Positions 1 to 7,889 of a stretch of 64,000 bases of DNA are shown in pieces; the stretch's first letter is position 1, and each line of letters opens with the position of its first letter. The translations under genes were made by a program, and so were the position numbers. Origin of the DNA: Vulcanimicrobiota bacterium (GTDB lineage: Bacteria > Vulcanimicrobiota > Xenobia > Xenobiales > JADMJV01); the NCBI GenBank assembly GCA_050250895.1, contig JBFWNU010000004.1, positions 654,934 to 718,933 on the forward strand. The letters run 5' to 3'. The notes under the pieces are model-generated. The model was not told the DNA's origin. It did not search any database and saw only the letters and a list, made by a program, of their open reading frames with translations.

Positions 1-2232
1 GCCCGAATCGGCGACCCGCAAGCGGACGTGTGGCCCTCCGGTCAACCCTAGAGCGTCGGCCTGCTGGGGGGTCAGATCCAGGTTGTCGAGTTCCAGAGAG
101 AGTTCGCCCCCGCTCACCATGGCGTCGCGGGCGTTGACAGCCAGATTCATGACCACTTGCTCGAGTTGGCCGCGGTCGGCCAGCACCCAGCAAGCCTCCT
201 CTTCACTGCGAAAGGTCAGCTTCACATCCTCGCCAATGAGACGCCCGAGCATACGGATCAGGCCGGAAACGACCTGGCTCCAATCCAGGGTCTGGAGCGT
301 GGTCACCTGGCGGCGACTGAAGGTGAGCAGCTGGCGCGTGAGCGATTCGGCCCGCTTGCTAGCGGCGAGGATCTCCTGGATATCCTCGTAGATTTCGTCC
401 TCGGGACTCAGCTCCTGGCAGGCCAACTCGCCGCACGAGACGATCACGGTCAAAAGGTTGTTGAAGTCGTGGGCTACCCCTCCGGCCAGGCGGCCCATCG
501 CCTCCATACGCTGAGCCACCCTTAGCTTTTCTTCGCTCTGGCGCAGAGCCGCCTCGGCCTCCTTGGCCGCGGTGATCACCTCGCTAAAGAGGATCAGCCC
601 GCCGACCTTTCCTTCGTCCTCATACCATGGATGGATGGCCCAACGCACCCACTCCTGGGTCCCGTCGGGGCGTTGATAACAATCCTCGTCACAGCTGACC
701 ACGTGACCCTCGAGACATCTCTGGTGAGCCTGCCGCCAGCGGGCCGGCAGCTTGGGGAAGAGGTCGTAGTGGCAACGCCCCACCAGTTCGTCCGTCACCA
801 ACCCATAGTCTCCGACGAAGCGACGGCTTACCAACAGGTAGCGCATGTCGCGGTCGAACATCGCCATGGCGGCGGGCGCGTTCTCGAGAAACATCCGCAG
901 CCTCGCCTGGCTCACCTGGAGCTGTTGGCGGTCGTTGTAGTTCTGGGTCAGATCACGCCCGATTCCGAGCACCCCGACCAGGCGGCCTTCCTCATAGAGG
1001 GGACCCTTGATGGTCTCGAGCAACTCTTCATGACCGTCGGCGAACGTTACCCATTCCTCGTTACGACGGGGAGAGGCCGCCTGCAGTGCCTGCAAGTCGT
1101 GCTGGCGGAAGAAATCGGCTAAAGCCTTGGGCACAAAGTCGTAGTCGGTCTTGCCCAGCACCCCCTCGCGAGGGGCGCCCAACAAAGCTTGAAAACGTGT
1201 ATTACATTCGAGAAAATGGCCATCTGGAGTCTTGAGCCAGATCAGGTCGGGGATGGTGTCGAGCATGGCCCTGAGCCGGTCTCTTTCTCGCTTGAGTTCG
1301 CGCCGCGCCTCGGTCTGATCGGTTACATCCTTGAAAAGGCCTTTGAGCCTGGTCACCTGCTCGCCGTCGTAGATGGCAAAACCGGTGGTGCGAATCCATC
1401 GATGCGCGCCTTGAGCCGTCACCATGGGAAGTTCTAGATCGTAGGGGTCACCCGTGCGGCTAGCCTTTTCTACGGCCGCTTCCAGCTGTAGCCGAGCCGG
1501 CTCGGGAAAGTGGCGAAGGCTCAGCTCAGGAGTCGGCTGAGTGTCAGGGGGCAATCCATGAATCTCCGCGACCTGCGGTGACCACCAGCCTCGGCCGGTG
1601 CCCAGGTCCAACTCCCAAAGGCCGGTCGGAGCGTTCTCTTCGAGTTGCTGCCAACCCTCGGCTCGGGTGTGACGCTCGCTGACATCCCGAGCGACCAGCC
1701 ACGCCTGACGGGGGTCACTGCCTCTGGTCCAGGAGGCGTCCAACCACACCGGTTTCCCTTCGCCGCCCGTGAAGTAGAGGATGGAACGCCCGCGTGGGGA
1801 CCCGCTAACCGCGTCCAGCCAGGCCTGGGGCACAGGCAGAGCCAGAAAGTCAGCCACCCGCAGCCCCAGAATCTTCTCGACGGAGTCGAGCACGCTCACG
1901 AATCGCGCCGTTTCGAAGTCGATCCAGCAGCCAACGGCCGGGGCGGTCGCGCGCTCGAGATGTCCTTCGAGCCACGATTCAAGAAAGGGCTGCAGGCCAG
2001 CCAGCAGAGCTTCATCGGCGGCCGGATGCGTTTCAAGCCAGCCCAACGAAAACTGGGTGGCCTGGAACGGGCCACGCGCGTCACCGGCCTCGGCCGTCAA
2101 GGCTCCGTTGCTTTCACGCCAACGAGCTCCAAGCCAGCAACCCTGGGCCACGCCCTCGGCCAGCAGAGCTCCAAGGCTTCGCTGTCGGCAGAGAGACTCG
2201 AGTAGACGCACGATCTGGCGCTCGATACACAT
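1..2232 (-). CDS. multi-PAS/PAC sensor histidine kinase (C-terminus runs off the window)
   Basis: Manual translation from ATG 2232. It shows PAS/PAC repeats (WIRTTGFAIY...KDVTD), an H-box (LAGGVAHDFNNLL), an N-box (EQVVMNLAVNARDAM) and the start of G1 (VRLRVADSG). Absent from the ORF track because there is no stop in the window. Confidence 0.9.
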   Translation of the reverse strand, partial: MCIERQIVRLLESLCRQRSLGALLAEGVAQGCWLGARWRESNGALTAEAGDARGPFQATQFSLGWLETHPAADEALLAGLQPFLESWLEGHLERATAPAVGCWIDFETARFVSVLDSVEKILGLRVADFLALPVPQAWLDAVSGSPRGRSILYFTGGEGKPVWLDASWTRGSDPRQAWLVARDVSERHTRAEGWQQLEENAPTGLWELDLGTGRGWWSPQVAEIHGLPPDTQPTPELSLRHFPEPARLQLEAAVEKASRTGDPYDLELPMVTAQGAHRWIRTTGFAIYDGEQVTRLKGLFKDVTDQTEARRELKRERDRLRAMLDTIPDLIWLKTPDGHFLECNTRFQALLGAPREGVLGKTDYDFVPKALADFFRQHDLQALQAASPRRNEEWVTFADGHEELLETIKGPLYEEGRLVGVLGIGRDLTQNYNDRQQLQVSQARLRMFLENAPAAMAMFDRDMRYLLVSRRFVGDYGLVTDELVGRCHYDLFPKLPARWRQAHQRCLEGHVVSCDEDCYQRPDGTQEWVRWAIHPWYEDEGKVGGLILFSEVITAAKEAEAALRQSEEKLRVAQRMEAMGRLAGGVAHDFNNLLTVIVSCGELACQELSPEDEIYEDIQEILAASKRAESLTRQLLTFSRRQVTTLQTLDWSQVVSGLIRMLGRLIGEDVKLTFRSEEEACWVLADRGQLEQVVMNLAVNARDAMVSGGELSLELDNLDLTPQQADALGLTGGPHVRLRVADSG

Positions 2233-2321
2233 AGAGGTACGTATTATATCGGACGGTATACGAACGGGTAAAGGTGGGGCCCGGTCAAGGAATCTCGGGT
2301 TCGGAGAGATAATCTCCACTG

Positions 2322-3542
2322 GTGCCTCTCTACTGCTATGAGGCCAAAGATGCCCTGGGCCGGCTAGTCCAGGGCGAGGCCGAGGGTCCCGGCCACCTCG
2401 ATGTCATGGTCGAGTTGAAGAAGCTCGGCTATGAGGTTTTGGGATTGTGGGAAAAACCGCACCCGTTACTGGGGGGCGCGCTACTGCAATGGCTTCGCCC
2501 ACCGCCCCGGCGCGAACTAGCCGTGTTCACCCGCCAATTGGCTCTCCTCTTTTCGTCGGGCATTCCCCTGATGGACGGGCTGGAGGGGTTGGCCAGGGCC
2601 GAGGCCTCGCCTCGCATGGCCACCGGCATCAACGACATCGTTCGCAGCCTGAACGCGGGACGTCGCTTGAGCGCCAGCCTGGCGCTCCGTTCGGACCTGT
2701 TCTCGACCCTCTACGTGGCCATGGTTGAAGCGGGCGAGCTCACCGGCAAGTTGGACCGGGTGCTGCACAACATGGCCGACTTTCTCGAGCGTGACCTGAT
2801 GCTGCGGCGTAAAATCCAGACCGCGGCGGTCTATCCGCTCTTGATCTTCGTGGTCTGCGTGCTGCTGGTCGGATTCATGGCCCTGTTCCTCTTCCCGGTT
2901 TTTGCCAACCTGTTTGAAGGCTTCCAGATCGCCCTGCCGTGGCCGACCCTCTTACTGTTGAAGATCACCAGCCTGGGCCAACGGCCTGGGGTTATCCTGG
3001 CGGTGCTCTGCCTGGCGGGCCTGGCTCTGTGGCTGCTCCACAATCGCCTCAGCGAGACCGTGGCCGGAAATCGAGCCTGGGCCAGCTTCTTGCTCTGGGC
3101 TCCGGGGGTGGGAAGAGCTCAACGTTGCGTCTTGATGGCCCGCTTTACTCGCGTGATGGGCTTGTTGCTGGGAGCCGGTGTAACCCCGATGGTGGCCCTG
3201 GCGGCCACGGGTAAAGCCATGGCCAACGCTGTCTTTCGCGAGCAGCTCGAAAACGTGACCGTGGACATCCGCGACGAAGGACTGAGTATGGCCCAGGGAT
3301 TTAGCCGCATGAAACTGATGCCGCGCATGGCCGGCTCGCTCATCGAGACGGGCGAAACGGTGGGACGGCTGCCCGAAATGCTGGGCCAACTGGCCGACCT
3401 CTTCGACCACGAGGTCGACGACGCCATCCACCAGCTGACGCTCTTGCTCGAGCCCCTCATGTTGGCCTTCATGGGGGTGGTGGTCGGCTTCGTGCTGGTG
3501 GCCGTTTTTATGCCAGTCTACGCATTGGTGGATAAACTGTGA
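2322..3542 (+). CDS. pilC: type II secretion/type IV pilus platform protein (GspF/PilC family)
   Basis: ELAVFTRQLA...GIPL, YVAMVEAGELTGKL, AAVYP, ETGETVGRL, LLEP...AVFMPVY: two T2SSF domains. Confidence 0.92.
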   Translation: MPLYCYEAKDALGRLVQGEAEGPGHLDVMVELKKLGYEVLGLWEKPHPLLGGALLQWLRPPPRRELAVFTRQLALLFSSGIPLMDGLEGLARAEASPRMATGINDIVRSLNAGRRLSASLALRSDLFSTLYVAMVEAGELTGKLDRVLHNMADFLERDLMLRRKIQTAAVYPLLIFVVCVLLVGFMALFLFPVFANLFEGFQIALPWPTLLLLKITSLGQRPGVILAVLCLAGLALWLLHNRLSETVAGNRAWASFLLWAPGVGRAQRCVLMARFTRVMGLLLGAGVTPMVALAATGKAMANAVFREQLENVTVDIRDEGLSMAQGFSRMKLMPRMAGSLIETGETVGRLPEMLGQLADLFDHEVDDAIHQLTLLLEPLMLAFMGVVVGFVLVAVFMPVYALVDKL

Positions 3543-3543
3543 T

Positions 3544-4854
3544 ATGATCAATGCCATGACGAGACGGGGGATTGCCTTACCAGCCGTTCTTGGTGTTCTC
3601 ACCCTTCTCTTGATCATTCTCTCGACCGTGGCCTACCAGGGCATCGGCTCGCTCAACGTGGCCAAAGTCTCCCAGGCCACCCGCCAATCGCTATTCGCGG
3701 CCGAAGCGGGGGTTAGCGACGGACTCCGCCAGCTGGTCGAGGATCCCACCCTCACCGGCCCGCTGGCCGATGGCACCCTCGAGAATGGAGCCGTCTATAC
3801 GGTCGAGATTTTCAACAATATCGACGGCACCGGCCCTCCCGTGGCCTCCAATGATGCCGCTGTCCCGGCCGGGTTTGCCTACATCCTGGCCACCGGCAGC
3901 CGCTCTGACGGTGCCTTCCAACGCAGTGCCGGGGCCCTGGTCCACCCTTCCGCGGCCGCCGCCTTCGGGATGGCTATGGGCTCGGGTGGCGACATCCGCA
4001 TGCAGGGTAGCAAGACGGTCAAAGGCACGATCAAGGCCAGCGGGGACCTGCGCGTCCAGGGCAGCACCACCATCGAGCCGATGAACGGCAACGGAAGACT
4101 GCTGGCCGGAGGCGAACTTCGCTCGCAGGGCAACACCACTCTGGATTCGGCCCAAGAAGCTCGGGCGCGCGCCCAGGTCAACGCATCCCCCGCCATCCGC
4201 GGAGCCTATCTGGTCCAACCCAACGACACCAGTCCGGCCACCCTGCCCTTCATCGCCGACGGTCGCACCACCAACGTACTCAACACCGGCGAGCAGGGCC
4301 TTATCCTACCAAATCCAGACCAGGCCGCCCTGCTCGACGCCACCAACCCTGACCTGGTGACCTGGTCGGTGACCAACTTCTCGGGCACCCTCGACCTGAC
4401 CGACAAGATTCACTACTTCCCTGACGGTGTGTCGTTCTCTCCGACCACCAACTTTGTCGGCTCGGGCACAATCGTGGTGGGCAACGGCAACGCCATGGAG
4501 TTTCAAGGCAGCACCACCATCAACGCCAATCTGATCGCGTTGCGGCGACCCGACCAGATGCCCTCGGGAGGCAACCCCTCCATCCGCTTCCAGGGCAGCA
4601 CCACCGTCAACGGCCTGATCTACGCCCACGAAGACATCCAAGCCCAGGGCAGTTTTACCCTCAATGGCGTGATGATTGCCTATCACGATGGGGGCGCCGA
4701 GATCCGCACCCAGGGCAACTCGAACATCACCCTCGACTCTGGCGTGCTGGGGGGCATTCCGGGCTTCGAGCCCTGGGCCAATGGTTTCGGCAGCGGGGGC
4801 AGCGTGCCCGCCGGGGCCACACCCATGGCCATCGCCTCGTGGGAGCGGTTTTGA
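3544..4854 (+). CDS. PilX-like minor pilin/pilus assembly protein with beta-helix-like repeats
   Basis: RRG|IAL class III-like N-terminus lacking Glu5, AAEAG motif, about 7 repeats of xxxQG(S/N)xTx, ends in SWER. Confidence 0.7.
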   Translation: MINAMTRRGIALPAVLGVLTLLLIILSTVAYQGIGSLNVAKVSQATRQSLFAAEAGVSDGLRQLVEDPTLTGPLADGTLENGAVYTVEIFNNIDGTGPPVASNDAAVPAGFAYILATGSRSDGAFQRSAGALVHPSAAAAFGMAMGSGGDIRMQGSKTVKGTIKASGDLRVQGSTTIEPMNGNGRLLAGGELRSQGNTTLDSAQEARARAQVNASPAIRGAYLVQPNDTSPATLPFIADGRTTNVLNTGEQGLILPNPDQAALLDATNPDLVTWSVTNFSGTLDLTDKIHYFPDGVSFSPTTNFVGSGTIVVGNGNAMEFQGSTTINANLIALRRPDQMPSGGNPSIRFQGSTTVNGLIYAHEDIQAQGSFTLNGVMIAYHDGGAEIRTQGNSNITLDSGVLGGIPGFEPWANGFGSGGSVPAGATPMAIASWERF

Positions 4855-5240
4855 GACGACGTGGCCTGACGGTCATCGAGACCCTCATCGCCTCGGCCGT
4901 GTTCACGGTGGCCATCCTGGCTTTGATCGGAATCTATCCGGTCTCGGCCAAGGCGGCCCGCCAGGCCCAGGGGGCCCTGGTGGCAGCCAACCTGGCCGAA
5001 AAAGAACTCGAGTTCTCGCGAGCCATGGCTTATGACGCGGTAACCGACCGCACCCTCGACTACGACATTTCGATCGAGAACAACGGCTTTGACATGCAAC
5101 TGGTCTTCCAGACCGCCACCACCGTCACCGAAATTCGGCCCGGACTCAAGCAAATCAAAGTTCGGGTGGACTGGGCCGAGCCCGACAGCCAGCCGCGCAA
5201 GCTCGAGATGGAGACCTATGTCGCCAATCTTGCACCGTAG
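4851..5240 (+). CDS. PilV-like minor pilin
   Basis: RRRG|LTVIETLI prepilin site; TTG start overlaps the upstream TGA. Confidence 0.8.
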   Translation: MRRRGLTVIETLIASAVFTVAILALIGIYPVSAKAARQAQGALVAANLAEKELEFSRAMAYDAVTDRTLDYDISIENNGFDMQLVFQTATTVTEIRPGLKQIKVRVDWAEPDSQPRKLEMETYVANLAP

Positions 5241-5790
5241 AGGAATGACCCTCATCGAGACCCTGATCTCGATGGCCCTGCTGAGTCTGGTCTTGCTCGC
5301 CACCTACTCGGCCCTGACTCTAGCCCTGCGCTTTCAGTCGCGGGTGCACGACAGCGTTACCACCTTCCAGCAGGCGGCGGCTGCCTCGGCGCGCATCCAA
5401 CAGGCGCTGGGCCTCGGCTCGGCCGCCTCGCTTTCGATCGAGGCCCCGACCGGATTCGCCTTCGCCTCGGCGGCAGCCGAGGCCGGCCCCTTCACCCACG
5501 ACAGCAATGGCGATTTAGAGTTTCACCGCTGGGTCTTCTTCTATATCGACGGGGGCGACCTGTGGATGGGCGAGGTGCCGTTTGCAGCCACTACCACCCT
5601 CTCGCCCACACCCACCCTGGCCAACCTGCGGGCCGACGGAAGCGCCCGCTTACGCCGGGTAGCTCAGGGCGTGACCGAGATGGAGGTTTTCGGCGGCAGC
5701 GGAGCCGAGGTTCGCCTGCGCGTCGAGGGCCAGATTCCCGAGCGCAAGAACGCCGTCACCATCCGCAACCGGGTGACCTTCCGCCAATGA
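5230..5790 (+). CDS. PilW/PulJ-like minor pilin
   Basis: HRRG|MTLIETLI prepilin site; start is TTG 5230 or ATG 5218. Confidence 0.8.
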   Translation: MHRRGMTLIETLISMALLSLVLLATYSALTLALRFQSRVHDSVTTFQQAAAASARIQQALGLGSAASLSIEAPTGFAFASAAAEAGPFTHDSNGDLEFHRWVFFYIDGGDLWMGEVPFAATTTLSPTPTLANLRADGSARLRRVAQGVTEMEVFGGSGAEVRLRVEGQIPERKNAVTIRNRVTFRQ

Positions 5791-6587
5791 TCTGGGTGAC
5801 GCTGGTCTGCCTGGTGGTCATCCTCTCGACGCCCAGCCGGGGTCTGCTCGCCATCCCCCGCCGCCTGACCGGGTTGGCACTGTTGCCAGTAGGCATTCCG
5901 GCCGCCGTCCTATGGAGAGTGGTGGCCGCGGACGAGTGGCAAGCGCGGCGAGCCTTTCACTGGCTCTTCGACGACCCGCTGGGCCCCCTCGACTATGTGA
6001 TTCTGGCCCTGGTGCTGGGACCGTGGTTCGAACCGCTCTGGTTCGAGCCTTGGATGGCGCTGGTGGCGCTTGTCTGGGCCCTGGCCTGCGCGGTGAGCTA
6101 TCTACGCTCAGACAGAACGCCGGCCGTGGGGCTGTCGGTCGAGGCAGACCGGGCCCGACCGGTTCGCTCGTCGAGCCTGGCGGGGCGGGGGTTGGTCGCG
6201 CTCGAAACGGCCCTCGAACCAGACCGCGGAGCTGTCTGGCTCTTCTGCGAGCGACTGGGCGAGTTCGAGACGCTGCCCGAAGCCCTCGAACGCCTGTCCC
6301 AGGAGCATCCTCTGTTGGAAGGCCTGGAGTTTCTCGAAACCAGCGACAGCGAACACCCCCTGGCCTTTCGCAGCGGGGCCGAGACCTACGTCACCGCCCA
6401 CGCCGGCCTGGTGGCCGGCTTTCGGGTGCGCCCAGGAGGCGACCCCAAGCCGATCTACCGGCAGGTCAGACCCCGCCTGGACAAGGCTCTCTATTCGGCG
6501 GCGGGGGTGGCCTCGGAAGAGCTCGCGTCGCCTTCGGCGGTGGTCAGGTCGCCGAACTCCTTGCTGAGCGCATCGATTTTCGACTGA
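5787..6587 (+). CDS. hypothetical membrane protein
   Basis: ATGA overlap with the pilin gene; several hydrophobic segments in the N-terminal half. Confidence 0.6.
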   Translation: MIWVTLVCLVVILSTPSRGLLAIPRRLTGLALLPVGIPAAVLWRVVAADEWQARRAFHWLFDDPLGPLDYVILALVLGPWFEPLWFEPWMALVALVWALACAVSYLRSDRTPAVGLSVEADRARPVRSSSLAGRGLVALETALEPDRGAVWLFCERLGEFETLPEALERLSQEHPLLEGLEFLETSDSEHPLAFRSGAETYVTAHAGLVAGFRVRPGGDPKPIYRQVRPRLDKALYSAAGVASEELASPSAVVRSPNSLLSASIFD

Positions 6588-7039
6588 GCCTCTTCCATCT
6601 CTTGGGCGAGCTTGGCCTTTTCGTCTTCGAGCTTGTCAGGCGTCTCTTGTTCGACCTTGGCCAGATCGAGCTGTTGGCCATGCAGTTTCTTCTGGGTGGC
6701 GATGCGCTCGGCCACCACTTCTTGCAGGCGCATCAACTTCTTATAGGCGTCTTGGGCCTCGGCCGGAGGGTTCATCGAGGAAAGGTCGCGACCGACCTCG
6801 TTGACCTGCTGCTCGAGGGTGTCGAAGATATCGATGGGATCTCCCTCGAAGATGTCACCCAGGCTATTCCAGGCGGCCACCAGCGTCTCATGTTCGCGAG
6901 TCATCTGCTCGGGTGAATAGGCCACCGCTGCCGGGGTCGGCGTGGCGCCCGTCTCGCCACCGGTGGTGGAGGACGGATTGTTGCAACCGATCAGGGCAAC
7001 GGTCAATAAGGCAATGCAAAAGCTAAAGTACTTGGTCAT
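6491..7039 (-). CDS. coiled-coil lipoprotein
   Basis: Signal peptide with lipobox LIG-C, acidic helical body. Confidence 0.75.
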   Translation of the reverse strand: MTKYFSFCIALLTVALIGCNNPSSTTGGETGATPTPAAVAYSPEQMTREHETLVAAWNSLGDIFEGDPIDIFDTLEQQVNEVGRDLSSMNPPAEAQDAYKKLMRLQEVVAERIATQKKLHGQQLDLAKVEQETPDKLEDEKAKLAQEMEEAQSKIDALSKEFGDLTTAEGDASSSEATPAAE

Positions 7040-7040
7040 G

Positions 7041-7794
7041 TCAAGCCCTTCTAGGACTCTCCTCGAGACCCTGCAGGACGCTCGCCAAACGATGCCAGTG
7101 GCCCGCTACCGCGTCGCGCGAAAGCCCCGTAAACTGGGCGTCGGCCGTCTCGACCACCCACCAGGCAAGGTCATGGGACTGGCCCACGTCGACCGAACAG
7201 AAGGGCACCCCCAGGCGTTGGGCCGCCTGCTCGGCCAACTGGTGGATGGCCGCGCTCTCGGCCGCGGCTGCGGCTGTCGCTTTTGAGCAGCCGTCCTGCC
7301 AGGCGCTCCAGCTCCTCGGGAGTATCGGCCACACAGGCCTTCCACCCCTCGGCTTTGAGCGACTGCACGCTGCCCTTCACGAAAACCGGATAGCCCAGCT
7401 CGTCGGCGGCTTCGAGGCAGCCTTGGACCGAATCGGCCCAGGCGGTGGCCGGAGTCAATCCGTTCAGGTGCGGATAGGCAAGATGCAACTCCATGGCCCG
7501 GCGGTGCTGCTCGGGCGTATTGGGCAACCAGAGTCCGAGATCGGCGGCGGCCTGGTAGATCGCTTCATAGCGCTCGACCGTGGGAATATATCCGAGCCAT
7601 ATGGCCGGCCTGGCCGGCCCCCTGGCGAGATGCGCCAGGGCTCCTTCGGCGTCGCCGCAGCGCGAGAAGTCGGGCTCGATGAAGCTCACCTCGAAACCCG
7701 CCCACCGAGCCGCCCTGGCCGAGGCCTCGAGGTCCCGCTTGCTGGCCGAAGGGGGCATCGCTTCGACCGAGTCGACGAACAGAATCGGCTTCAC
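7041..7794 (-). pseudogene. ATP-grasp (R2K-like) protein with internal deletion and frameshift
   Basis: The N-part (LGYPVFVKG) is in one frame and the C-part (VPFCSVDVG...WWVVETADAQFTG) in another. They join at 7257-7265, and the expected central E-x-R-x-F segment is missing. Confidence 0.7.
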
Positions 7795-7849
7795 AGTCAG
7801 CAGTCTACCACACAGGCGAAGGAGACTGTACGGGTCGATGTGGAAGGGC

Positions 7850-7889
7850 AGTGACAGTTACTGTCACTCCTGCAACCTAAGCTCAGACT
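7850..7889 (+). promoter_or_regulatory. palindromic operator plus leaderless promoter of addBA
   Basis: AGTGACAGT-T-ACTGTCACT palindrome (7850-7868); TGTCAC-N10-TAAGCT-N6-ATG. Confidence 0.7.

Noticed and set aside
2284-2321. pilC promoter as a member of the direct-repeat regulon
   Set aside because: TCAAG/CTCGG half-sites are present but their spacing deviates from N6/N10, so it was left unassigned.
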